The notes under the pieces were generated by a model. That model worked only from the letters and a program-made list of their open reading frames with translations, did not search any database and was not told the DNA's origin. A program made the position numbers and the translations under genes. This document shows positions 35,458 through 44,153 of a stretch of DNA of 56,290 nucleotides, one piece after another; the first letter of the stretch is position 1, and each line of letters starts with the position of its first letter. Source of the DNA: a virus; UHGV virus genome UHGV-0206581. The stretch is one strand, 5' to 3'.

Positions 35458-35875
35458 AATACATTGCCATACTTTCCTTTGTGATAGGAGTGTTACACAG
35501 GGCTCCAGCGGGGAATCCACGTCTGGCATCTTGCCATGGGCCTTCCATGTGTGTGAGCTGGCTGAGCCACTGGGCATTTTTCTCTCCATAGTATTCCAGA
35601 ACTTTATTAATGGTGTCCTTTTGCCCACCGCTCAGATTTTCACTGTTGCCCTTCATCTCATCGGCAGAGACCGAAAACTTCCCTTGGCTGTGATAGAAAA
35701 GGGCAGGGCACACAGGCCCGTTGGCCCACGCTTCAAAGTCCTCATCAAAGAGGGGCGCATCATCCCAAACTAAAGACCACGCTTGTGTGTAGTAGCATAA
35801 CTTTTGCAATTTCATGGTAGACATCTTTCCGCGCTGCTCTAAAATATATTTTGCTGTGTCAAATACAGTACCCAT
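35444..35875 (-). CDS. Panacea/SocA (DUF4065) antitoxin
   Basis: MKLQKLCYYTQAW...FEAWANGPV...LSQLTHMEGPW; AAGGAGG RBS. Confidence 0.9.
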   Translation of the reverse strand: MGTVFDTAKYILEQRGKMSTMKLQKLCYYTQAWSLVWDDAPLFDEDFEAWANGPVCPALFYHSQGKFSVSADEMKGNSENLSGGQKDTINKVLEYYGEKNAQWLSQLTHMEGPWQDARRGFPAGALCNTPITKESMAMYYGGL

Positions 35876-36121
35876 ATCGGTGCGCCTCCTTTCTGACACT
35901 ATTATATTCTCATGTATCAAAAAGTAAACACGTAAAAATGCCGAAAATCGCAAAACTACCATCAATCCACATAATCCCCCCACAACCCCCGCATGGACAC
36001 CCCCCATGCGGGTTTATTTTATGCGACAATATAGACATGGAGGACGTGAGGATACAGGGTTGGTACACGTCGCCGCCCTCCTCACGGACTTCTTATTTTT
36101 ATGGACAAGGACGTGTTTGAG

Positions 36122-36280
36122 ATGACTTTGATTGAGAGGATGGTAGCCGCTGGCATGTCCCGCGATTGTGCCACCGAAACAGCGATGTGGTACATGGCAC
36201 AGGGAGATGACGAGGGCCTAGAGGATTACGTAACCGCATTGGAGGCGGGGAGGGAGGCGCGTCAGTATGGCGTTTCCTAA
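36122..36280 (+). CDS. 52-aa hypothetical protein
   Basis: MTLIERMVAAGMSRDCATETAMWY..., AAGGA RBS; not in the ORF track. Confidence 0.55.
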   Translation: MTLIERMVAAGMSRDCATETAMWYMAQGDDEGLEDYVTALEAGREARQYGVS

Positions 36281-36752
36281 TTACACATACCCGGCTTATG
36301 GGGCCTACAATCCTGTTACCCCGTTTGCTCCGGCTCCACAAGTATATCAGCCCCAGCAACCTACTCAGCAACCCTCACAGACCATTCAGCCACAGAGTAA
36401 TGTAAACACACAGCCCGCTTTTTTCTGCCGTCCTGTGGCCTCCAGGGAAGAAGCGCTGGGTGTTCCGGTTGACTTCATGGGTGCTCCCATGTTTTTCCCC
36501 GACCTCGCTCATAATGTGGTCTATATGAAACGATTCAATACCAATACCGGAGCTGCTGATGTGTTTGAGTTCCACGGCCAACAGCAGGCAAAAGAACAGC
36601 AGGCAGAGAACCCGGCCCCCGCTTTTGCACCGCTGGATGAATTTATGGACATGAAGGACACCATCAACAATCTGAAGGACGAGATAGAACGGCTGAAAAA
36701 GCCCACGTCCGGCGGAAAGGCAGGGAAAAAGAATGATGCCTCCGATGAATAA
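36267..36752 (+). CDS. Gln/Pro-rich hypothetical protein (post-lysis cassette)
   Basis: RPVASREEA...VDFMGAPMFFPDLAHNVVYMK; C-terminal coiled coil. Confidence 0.85.
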   Translation: MAFPNYTYPAYGAYNPVTPFAPAPQVYQPQQPTQQPSQTIQPQSNVNTQPAFFCRPVASREEALGVPVDFMGAPMFFPDLAHNVVYMKRFNTNTGAADVFEFHGQQQAKEQQAENPAPAFAPLDEFMDMKDTINNLKDEIERLKKPTSGGKAGKKNDASDE

Positions 36753-36972
36753 TCCCATGATGGCCATGCTCCAGATGGCGCGGAACGGCGGGAATCCCAT
36801 GCAAATGCTCCAGCAGATGGCTGGACAGAATCCGCAGGCAGCTCAAGCCATGCGGCTTATTCAAGGGAAAAACCCGCAGCAACTACGCCAGATCGCGGAG
36901 AACATGGCAAAAGAGCGTGGTGTAGATCTAAACCAGATTGCCCGACAGATGGGTGTAACACTACCCAAATAA
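36733..36972 (+). CDS. Met/Gln-rich small protein (post-lysis cassette)
   Basis: NPMMAMLQM...NPMQMLQQM...NMAKERGVD. Confidence 0.85.
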   Translation: MMPPMNNPMMAMLQMARNGGNPMQMLQQMAGQNPQAAQAMRLIQGKNPQQLRQIAENMAKERGVDLNQIARQMGVTLPK

Positions 36973-36979
36973 TCTCATA

Positions 36980-37636
36980 TTATTTCTTTTTCTTAAGAAA
37001 AGTGTCCTTAATTGCTTCTTCAAAAGACATGCCCTTATGAACCTTTTTATAAACAGAACCGGGAGATATTCCGAGCATAGAACACCACTCCGTAATGCAT
37101 CTCGTCTCTCCGTTTAACACGATGAAACGATTTGTCTTTATGTTGTGAACCTGTTCCAATTGAGTAGCCCATCGGCAATTTTCGGGACAATACCCTTTAC
37201 TTCCGTCTATTCGGTCTATTGTTAATCCCTTTGCTCCTGGATGGGTTTCTTCGCACCAAGCAATAAATTGCTCTGGGGATTTTCTCCATTCCTCGCAAAC
37301 AGTGACGCCCCTTGCCCCATATTTTTTATATGCCGGTTCTTTGGGATCGTAACATCTCCTGACCATATCATTCCATTTTTTATAGAATGGGTGCTTGCTC
37401 AGGCCGTGTGTTTTTCTTCGGTTGTCCCAAGTATGAGCACCTTTTTTCCCTTTTGGAAGGCAACCGCAAGATTTAACAGCTCCACTTGAAAATTGATAAG
37501 GAAGACAAAAGACTGTATTCCCGCAATCACATAGACATTTTAACTTTACTCGGCCACCAGCTTCTGGCCTTATATAGCCTATAACAGTTAGTTTATTATT
37601 CTTTTTCCCCATAAATTCGTTGACATCGATTCGCAA
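36980..37636 (-). CDS. Free-standing HNH endonuclease, inserted antisense
   Basis: CLCDCG...KSCGC, YGARGVTVCEEW, TIDRIDGSKGYCPENCRWAT. Confidence 0.88.
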   Translation of the reverse strand: MRIDVNEFMGKKNNKLTVIGYIRPEAGGRVKLKCLCDCGNTVFCLPYQFSSGAVKSCGCLPKGKKGAHTWDNRRKTHGLSKHPFYKKWNDMVRRCYDPKEPAYKKYGARGVTVCEEWRKSPEQFIAWCEETHPGAKGLTIDRIDGSKGYCPENCRWATQLEQVHNIKTNRFIVLNGETRCITEWCSMLGISPGSVYKKVHKGMSFEEAIKDTFLKKKK

Positions 37637-37748
37637 AATATCACCCTACTACATTATATAGCAAACTATATAATAATTCAAGTGTATTCTCGATATATAA
37701 CGGGGCGCGCGACCCGATATATAAATCACTAACAAAGGAGAACTATTT

Positions 37749-38504
37749 ATGGACGATTTTGCAACCGGATATATTGCTGGACAGGGAGATAACAACAACA
37801 GTAGCAATGGCATGTGGGGTGATGGCGGCTGGATTTTTGGCATCATCATTCTGGCTATGGTCTTTGGCTGGGGCCGCGGCGGCTTCGGTGGTTTCGGCGG
37901 TGGCGGTGCCAGCACCGATCCCGGCCTCGAGGGCCTAGCCACCCGTGCCGATGTGAACGAGGCCATTGCGTTCAATGGCGTTGAGCGCGGCATCTCTGCT
38001 ATCCAGCAGGGCATCTGTGACAGCACCTATGCGCTGAATAACAGCATCACCAGCGGCTTCAACAACACCAATGTGGCACTTCTCCAGGGCTTCAACGGCG
38101 TCCAGTCTCAGATGTGCAACATGGCCGCTCAGGCACAGGACTGCTGCTGCCAGACCCAGCGCGCTATCGACGGCGTGAACTACAACATGGCGACCAACAC
38201 CTGCGCCATCCAGAATACCATCCAGAATAGCACACGAGATATCATTGACAGCCAGAACGCTGGTACTCGTGAAATCCTGAATTTCTTGACTCAGGATAAG
38301 ATCGCCTCCCTCCAGTCTGAGAATCAGGCGTTGAAGTTCCAGGCCAGCCAGACCGCACAGAACTCTTATCTTGCTGCCATGTCTGACGCTCAGACCTCTG
38401 AGCTGATTCGGCGCATCAACCCCATGCCCGTACCCGCTTACCAAGTGCCCGCCCCCTATCCCTATTGCGGGACCTACAGCAGCGGCTACGGCTGTGGCTG
38501 CTAA
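37749..38504 (+). CDS. Membrane-anchored Gly-rich/coiled-coil protein with CCC motif
   Basis: TM WIFGIIILAMVFGWG, GGFGGFGGG, QDCCCQTQRAID, C-terminal GCGC. Confidence 0.85.
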   Translation: MDDFATGYIAGQGDNNNSSNGMWGDGGWIFGIIILAMVFGWGRGGFGGFGGGGASTDPGLEGLATRADVNEAIAFNGVERGISAIQQGICDSTYALNNSITSGFNNTNVALLQGFNGVQSQMCNMAAQAQDCCCQTQRAIDGVNYNMATNTCAIQNTIQNSTRDIIDSQNAGTREILNFLTQDKIASLQSENQALKFQASQTAQNSYLAAMSDAQTSELIRRINPMPVPAYQVPAPYPYCGTYSSGYGCGC

Positions 38505-38606
38505 ACTTACGAGGTTTCCTCGTAAGTTGATCTTCCGGCTTTGCTGTGACTATTTCGGGGCGGCGGGCTAAATGTCTGCCGCCCCTGATTTTTGGAGGAA
38601 AACCAT

Positions 38607-38828
38607 ATGCACACTATTGATGAAGTAAAACAAGAACTCATCGAACATCTCTATAGCCTGGACAAAACGAAAATGAGTATTTCAGATCTGCGGACTTATG
38701 CCGATACCGTTCAGCTAGCTTGTAATATCGTTAAATCAGATAAAGATGATATGTTTTTGGAAATGTTCAAAACAATCAACTCTGGCGTCGGATTCAATCG
38801 GGCCGCTGCAACAAAGGAGGAAGCCTGA
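38607..38828 (+). CDS. Hypothetical protein
   Basis: GGAGG RBS, 73 aa. Confidence 0.65.
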   Translation: MHTIDEVKQELIEHLYSLDKTKMSISDLRTYADTVQLACNIVKSDKDDMFLEMFKTINSGVGFNRAAATKEEA

Positions 38829-38830
38829 CC

Positions 38831-39226
38831 ATGAGCTGTAAACCTGTATGTAAACTGTGTGATCGTCTGGTCTTCTCTCAGGCTATCGCTTTTACCGGAG
38901 GTAATCTGGAAATCAATCTGCCTGCCGGTGCCTACAACAACGGCGGGAAGTATTGCATTGTGGTAGCTCAGTCCATCCCGGCCACAACTACCATCAATGC
39001 ACCTGTGTACATTACTATTGGTACGGGGACAGAGCTATATCCCCTTACCAAGCGTAACTGCGCTCAGGTGACTGCCTGCGGCATCCGCACTCGCACCCGC
39101 TACTCCGTCTGTGTGGTGACTACCCCCACCGGCGGCTCGTTCCGCATGTTGGGGCAGCCCTGCTGCTCTCCCAGCAACAATCTTGCCAGTATTGACGGCG
39201 GTGCTGCACCCGCCCCTACGGCGTAA
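38831..39226 (+). CDS. Cys-containing beta-rich hypothetical protein
   Basis: MSCKPVCKLCDRLV...KYCIVVAQSIP...RTRTRY. Confidence 0.8.
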   Translation: MSCKPVCKLCDRLVFSQAIAFTGGNLEINLPAGAYNNGGKYCIVVAQSIPATTTINAPVYITIGTGTELYPLTKRNCAQVTACGIRTRTRYSVCVVTTPTGGSFRMLGQPCCSPSNNLASIDGGAAPAPTA

Positions 39227-39238
39227 GGAGGGGTCAAA

Positions 39239-40033
39239 ATGAAACGATCTACTCGGATGATGCTCATGTCCGGCGGACGCAAGGATGACCGCCGTTATGA
39301 CCGGGAGCCCGAGGACAAATTGCGCGACCGCCGTGGCCGGGAACACTACGACAATGGCCGTTATGCACCGCGCTCTGAGATGATGGAGCCGGAGGATCGG
39401 GGCTATCGTCGCTACTCTGATGGGCGCTTTGCCCCACGCAACGATGGTGGCATGTGGGTAGATAGCCGCTACTGGGATGACCGGATGTACGGCCCTCAGT
39501 CTCACTACGGCTACCCCTACGTCCCCCCGGTCTATCGGGAGGATGGGAGCGCATACACAGAGCGACGGGAGATGAATCGGCCCATGAACAAAATCGGATT
39601 CGCTATCTCTGGCGAAGGTGAAATGAGGACTCCGAGAGAGTTTGACCATGACTACCGCATGGACGAGATGGCATACAGAAAAGGTGGAGAACACATGACA
39701 GGTTATGGGTCTGCTTCCGGCTATATCCCTTTCACGAAGGAGATGGCCGATGAATGGTCTAAGCATATGGACAACGAGGATGGCACCCGTGGCGCTCACT
39801 GGACGCTGGAGCAGGCCAAACAGGTCATGGCCCAGCGTGGGATTGAGTGCGACCCTGTCCAGTTCTGGGCGGCCCTCAACATGGTCTATAGTGACTACGT
39901 TAAGGTAGCCAAGAAACACGGTGTTGGAGATAAGATTGATTTCTACGCCGACATGGCAAAATCGTTCCTCTGTGACAAGGACGCACCGGAGGACAAGCTG
40001 GCCCGCTACTACGAGTACATCGTGAGGGGCTAA
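39239..40033 (+). CDS. Arg/Asp/Tyr-rich low-complexity protein with globular C-terminus
   Basis: Repeated GR(Y/F)APR; C-terminal GAHWTLEQ...FWAALNMVYSDY...FLCDKDA. Confidence 0.85.
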   Translation: MKRSTRMMLMSGGRKDDRRYDREPEDKLRDRRGREHYDNGRYAPRSEMMEPEDRGYRRYSDGRFAPRNDGGMWVDSRYWDDRMYGPQSHYGYPYVPPVYREDGSAYTERREMNRPMNKIGFAISGEGEMRTPREFDHDYRMDEMAYRKGGEHMTGYGSASGYIPFTKEMADEWSKHMDNEDGTRGAHWTLEQAKQVMAQRGIECDPVQFWAALNMVYSDYVKVAKKHGVGDKIDFYADMAKSFLCDKDAPEDKLARYYEYIVRG

Positions 40034-40036
40034 ACA

Positions 40037-40071
40037 AGGGGCGGGGGCTATTGCCTCCGCCCTCTATTTTT
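40037..40071 (+). terminator. Intrinsic terminator
   Basis: AGGGGCGGGGGC-TATT-GCCTCCGCCCTCT followed by ATTTTT. Confidence 0.75.
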
Positions 40072-40324
40072 GAACTTTTTCATCGGTTTGCTATTTGCAC
40101 ATATTTACACAGAAAGTTACGCACTAGCTACATACTAGCTACAAAAAATCCTGTAACCATTGCAATTACTAGGTTTCTTTTTCTAATAAATTACAAACAC
40201 ATTAAAAGTCAATCTAATTTTAGAACTAAAAATACTAGAACAACAATAAAAATTCACAACAAAAACAACTTTTTTGAACTTTTTGTTCGTTGTTCTATTT
40301 GCACATATTTAAGAAGAAAGTTAC
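40067..40324. repeat. attP-like region with two 54-bp imperfect direct repeats
   Basis: TTTTTGAACTTTTT-N10-CTATTTGCACATATTTA-N3-AGAAAGTTAC at 40067-40120 and 40271-40324; AT-rich, just downstream of int. Confidence 0.7.
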
Positions 40325-40330
40325 AAATAC

Positions 40331-41362
40331 TTAGGAAACCTTCTGGATCTCTTTAGCCAAAAACGAAACATCTACGTGCGTATAGTGCTCGGTAACATCT
40401 CCATCGGAATGCCCTAAGATACGCTTTATAGCGACTTCGTCCACCCCGGCCATTCTCATCCGAGACGCGGCGGTATGTCTGCACCAATGAGGGGTGGCGG
40501 AAGGAAGTCCTAATTCTTCCATAACTTTAGAGAATAGCGGGCGGTATTTGTATGCGGGGATTGCATTCCCGTCATCATCACAGATAATAGTTTTACCGCC
40601 CCTGGACAGCCACTTGGTCAGATATGGCATGATTTTAGGATGCACCGGGACAATGCGATTTTTCCCGGCCTGGGTTTTTAGACCTCCTTGCAAATAATTC
40701 GCCTCCGAATGATACGAGAATCTGGTAAGCCCCAAAAACTCGGACACCCGGAATCCAGTATAACATAGCATTAGTACGGTATCAGCCCAAGGGAATCCAG
40801 AGGACGCCAGGTTCTCCAATTTACGCATTGTGATATCATCAAAAGCACCCTTTTCGTGCTTTGCTTCAACTCCTGGAAGTTCCACAAAAGCGGAATAGTC
40901 TTTATACACGATATCGCGCTCTGTTGCGTGCTTAAAAAGTGCTTTCATAAGCATTTTGTCATTGCTAATACTAGATTTCGATAATCCGTTTGCCTCGTCT
41001 TGGTCAATAATAGATTGTAGGTCGTCAATCGTAACCTTGCACATATCCTTTTTTTCTAGCACACAGAGGCGCGCCCAAGAAGCCTTATAGCTGGCGATAG
41101 AGGCAGCTCCTGCCTTTGCATACTTTTTGGCAGACCACTGATTGTATACGTCTCCCCAGGTAACGGCGAGTGACTTTGCCGGGATATTAGATGCCAAATA
41201 TTTGTCAAGGGCCTCCTGTGCTTCTTTGGCAGTTCTGTGGTAGGATAGATACTTTTGCTTCCACAGTCCGGGCCGCTCCCAATACGACACCCTGACGGCG
41301 TATCGGTTTCTGCGGTTTGGCCCAAGATTTACAATACTTCCAGTTCCATTCGCTCTTCTCAT
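40331..41362 (-). CDS. int: Tyrosine integrase
   Basis: MRRANGTGSI arm-binding N-terminus; YTGFRVSE, KTQAG, HWCRHT, LGHS, TEHYTH catalytic residues. Confidence 0.96.
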   Translation of the reverse strand: MRRANGTGSIVNLGPNRRNRYAVRVSYWERPGLWKQKYLSYHRTAKEAQEALDKYLASNIPAKSLAVTWGDVYNQWSAKKYAKAGAASIASYKASWARLCVLEKKDMCKVTIDDLQSIIDQDEANGLSKSSISNDKMLMKALFKHATERDIVYKDYSAFVELPGVEAKHEKGAFDDITMRKLENLASSGFPWADTVLMLCYTGFRVSEFLGLTRFSYHSEANYLQGGLKTQAGKNRIVPVHPKIMPYLTKWLSRGGKTIICDDDGNAIPAYKYRPLFSKVMEELGLPSATPHWCRHTAASRMRMAGVDEVAIKRILGHSDGDVTEHYTHVDVSFLAKEIQKVS

Positions 41363-41470
41363 TGACTTTTCCCCCTATTCTGGTAAAATAAAGGGGTGAT
41401 AATGGCGGCCAAACCTTATCACCCCTATGTGAGCCGTCCCTGGTGTTGGTAGCGCCGGGGGCGGTATTTT

Positions 41471-42349
41471 TTATTCATCTACTGGCAGTTTAAGTTGATT
41501 GTGCATATAATTGAGTTCCCGCGCTCCTTTGCTCCCTGCAAGTGTTTTCAGCTGATACACAACCGTGTCCCGCAATTTCCTCATTCGTTCAGATTGCGGT
41601 ATGCCTTGTTTGACCAAATAAGCATTTAGGTTTTCTAGGTTAGTCAAGACAAGAAGTTGCTCAATTGTAGCATAATCACGGATATTTCCTTTTACTCCGG
41701 GATTCTCCGATCTCCATTGCTTAGCTGTTTTCCCAAACAGAACAACATTAAGAAGGTCAGCCTCATCCGCATATACATACCCCTGCTGTTGCTTTGATAG
41801 CTCAGGCGGTATCAGATTTTCCTTGATTGCGTCTGTATGGATTTTATAATTTGCGCTGACAAGGATTCTTTTTACGTTCCAATCCAGAGCCAGCCGATGT
41901 CCCTCATCTTCTTTAAGTCGCTGATAATCCTTGATGATGTAAAGTTTGAACTCCGGGGAAAGCCAGGAAGCAAACTCAAAGGCAATGTCTTTGTGGGCAA
42001 AAGTTCCTCCTCCATAGCGGCCAGATTTGGAAATCAGACCAATTGCATTGGTGCTTTTGATCCACTTTTGTGGGGACATAACAAATGCGTTAGAGCCTGC
42101 ATCATTTTTAAACTGGTCGAAATCGACCATGTTAAAATTGGGGTTATTTAGTTCTTCCCATAGTCCCAAAAATTCTAAGGTGCTTCTGAGCCTCATCCAA
42201 TTCTTTACGACATCAGCCGGAAATTCCGGGTTTCTATGTTTTGCGATATCAGTTAGAGATATATAATCATCCTCACTTCCGACTGTCGTTACCACCGAAA
42301 TATCCACGCCATCTGCATGGATAACACTCTCTACTTTTTTTACAGGCAT
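41471..42349 (-). CDS. KilA-N domain protein
   Basis: DYISLTDIAK...VKNWMR...SKSGRYGGGTFAHKDIAFEFASWLSPEFKLY. Confidence 0.9.
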   Translation of the reverse strand: MPVKKVESVIHADGVDISVVTTVGSEDDYISLTDIAKHRNPEFPADVVKNWMRLRSTLEFLGLWEELNNPNFNMVDFDQFKNDAGSNAFVMSPQKWIKSTNAIGLISKSGRYGGGTFAHKDIAFEFASWLSPEFKLYIIKDYQRLKEDEGHRLALDWNVKRILVSANYKIHTDAIKENLIPPELSKQQQGYVYADEADLLNVVLFGKTAKQWRSENPGVKGNIRDYATIEQLLVLTNLENLNAYLVKQGIPQSERMRKLRDTVVYQLKTLAGSKGARELNYMHNQLKLPVDE

Positions 42350-42410
42350 AATCAGCCCCCCTTTTCGCAGCCAGCCCGCTTAGGCATTGATGCCGCTGAT
42401 GGCGGCATTT

Positions 42411-42701
42411 TTATTGCGCCTTTTTCAGTTTCTCCATTTCACGGTTCAGCTTCTTCACCATAGCCTCAAGGGCAGTGATCCGAGTGTCCATGACCTCCAT
42501 GTCGTCCAGGTGCTCCAGTTTCTCTAGGATAGTCTGCTGCCCCTCGGCCAGAAGGTTAAACCGGGTGGTGACCTCCGTGTCCAATAAAACCTTTACATCG
42601 TGCATGATGTCCTGTTTCTGCTTCTCCAGCTTCTGGTCGATGCGGGATTCCATCCCCTTCATCATTTCCGCGATTGCCTGCAAATCTTTTTCTTCAAGCA
42701 T
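42411..42701 (-). CDS. Coiled-coil hypothetical protein
   Basis: MLEEKDLQAIAEMM...; AGGAGG RBS. Confidence 0.75.
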   Translation of the reverse strand: MLEEKDLQAIAEMMKGMESRIDQKLEKQKQDIMHDVKVLLDTEVTTRFNLLAEGQQTILEKLEHLDDMEVMDTRITALEAMVKKLNREMEKLKKAQ

Positions 42702-42866
42702 ATGTAAATCCTCCTATTACAATTCTGTTGCTAGATTCCCGTTCTGTGTGGCAATCATAGGTTGATGTACAATATCATAAACACAGTCCAATAATCCGTT
42801 CTTTTCTAACGAAGCAATCTCTTCGCATATAAAAAATAAGCTGCCACAATTTGGTGATAACACATA

Positions 42867-42895
42867 TTGCTTAAATAGAACTAGCGTTCTATAAT
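42867..42895 (+). promoter_or_regulatory. Sigma-A promoter containing a LexA (SOS/Cheo) box
   Basis: TTGCTT-17bp-TATAAT with GAAC-TAGC-GTTC at 42878-42889. Confidence 0.8.
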
Positions 42896-42963
42896 AATAA
42901 ACAAGGGGAGCAAAATCCCAGACCAAAATATTGGTAAGGTACAAATTGGGAGGAGGGCGCGAA

Positions 42964-43098
42964 ATGACGCCAAATGGAGAAAAAGTTGAAATGCTTAAAA
43001 AAGAAATTGAACTTGTCATGGAGCGGAACAAAAATGAAACTTATTTGAAATCGCTCCTTACGCGCGCCCTCGTCCTCGAAAAACTACATAATAAGTGA
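42964..43098 (+). CDS. 44-aa protein, candidate SOS-induced antirepressor
   Basis: MTPNGEKVEMLKKEIELVMERNKNETYLKSLLTRALVLEKLHNK; GGAGG RBS; convergent with the repressor. Confidence 0.6.
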   Translation: MTPNGEKVEMLKKEIELVMERNKNETYLKSLLTRALVLEKLHNK

Positions 43099-43100
43099 TA

Positions 43101-43135
43101 AAAAGGCTCCGGGAAACCGGGGCCTTATTTTTTTG
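43101..43135. terminator. Bidirectional terminator
   Basis: AAAAGGCTCCGG-GAAA-CCGGGGCCTTATTTTTT. Confidence 0.75.
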
Positions 43136-43493
43136 TAAAGCCGTCTATCAGTTTTCTGATGGCGGCTTTTTCGTCGTCCTCCATAAACCAATATGCCTTA
43201 ATAATCCGCTTAATCAGATCATCATCAGACATGTGGATCCGCTCCATGACTTCGAGGAACTCCTCGTCCTCGTCCCTCTGAATATGGGGGTCTCCTTCTC
43301 CGGTACGCAGCCAGAGCTCGGAGATGTTAAATTCACGGCAAATGTCGGCAATGGTACGGTCACTTGGGTTGTTTTTCCCAGAACATAGCTCCGAAACAAA
43401 CGGCTGTGAAAGGTTAAGCCTACGAGCAAATTCAGCCTTTTTAATCCCGGCATCTTTTATACACCATGCAATTCTTTCGTTGATGGTCTCCAC
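43125..43493 (-). CDS. XRE-family prophage repressor (CI-like, no peptidase domain)
   Basis: KAEFARRLNLSQPFVSELCSGKNNPSDRTIADICREFNISELWLRTGEG; 122 aa. Confidence 0.9.
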   Translation of the reverse strand: METINERIAWCIKDAGIKKAEFARRLNLSQPFVSELCSGKNNPSDRTIADICREFNISELWLRTGEGDPHIQRDEDEEFLEVMERIHMSDDDLIKRIIKAYWFMEDDEKAAIRKLIDGFTKK

Positions 43494-43519
43494 ATTATTG
43501 CACCTCCTGTCTGATATTT

Positions 43520-43620
43520 ATTAAATCACAACGAAGGCGATAAGTCAACAAAAATCTTCGCTGAGCGAATAAAAAGTGTTGACTTATTCGTTAAACTATG
43601 GTAAAGTATCGTTAAGCGAA
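43520..43620. promoter_or_regulatory. Divergent lysogenic/lytic promoters with 13-bp operator-like dyads
   Basis: TTGACT-17-TAAAGT (+) and TTGACT-17-TTTAAT (-); TTCGCTGAGCGAA 43557, TTCGTTAAACTAT 43587, ATCGTTAAGCGAA 43608. Confidence 0.7.
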
Positions 43621-43632
43621 GGAGGTGAACCA

Positions 43633-43809
43633 ATGAGCATAAACCTCGATAGAGTATCCGATGCACAGATTATAGCGGATCGCCTAGTAGGTCTCCCCAA
43701 AGAAGCGTTACTTTATATCGCTGGTTACGCCGAGGGATACCGGGATAGGCCCGCACGGAAACGCAAGAAGAAAGATAGCACCAATGGAGAAAAAGAAGCC
43801 CGCCCCTGA
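43633..43809 (+). CDS. First early lytic gene, small hypothetical protein
   Basis: AGGAGGTG RBS; MSINLDRVSDAQ...; occupies the cro position. Confidence 0.7.
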   Translation: MSINLDRVSDAQIIADRLVGLPKEALLYIAGYAEGYRDRPARKRKKKDSTNGEKEARP

Positions 43810-43832
43810 CGGGGCGGGAGCTAGGATGAGAG

Positions 43833-44153
43833 GTGAAATGGTTGTTTCAAAGCAATAGAGCATTAAGGCAAAGAATTTCAGAATTGGAAGCCGAATTGGA
43901 GGTTGAGCGAAGCAAAACCAGAGAAAGCGCATTAATAAGCAAAGTATCCCTTCCCAAATGCAAAGGATTGTACTGCTTCCAATGCGCTTATGCGGTATTA
44001 AAGCCGGCTGGTTACTACGGAGATATTTACACTCTTCTTGGCTGTGGTAAAGGCGCTGAATGCAAGGACTTTACCCCGGTGTATAGCCAAACCAAGATAG
44101 AATCGTGCCCCAATTATCAGATATCGATGCAATCAGGCTTAATGCCGCGATAA
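43833..44153 (+). CDS. Hypothetical Cys-containing protein
   Basis: Coiled coil followed by CKGLYCFQC...CKDF. Confidence 0.6.
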   Translation: MKWLFQSNRALRQRISELEAELEVERSKTRESALISKVSLPKCKGLYCFQCAYAVLKPAGYYGDIYTLLGCGKGAECKDFTPVYSQTKIESCPNYQISMQSGLMPR

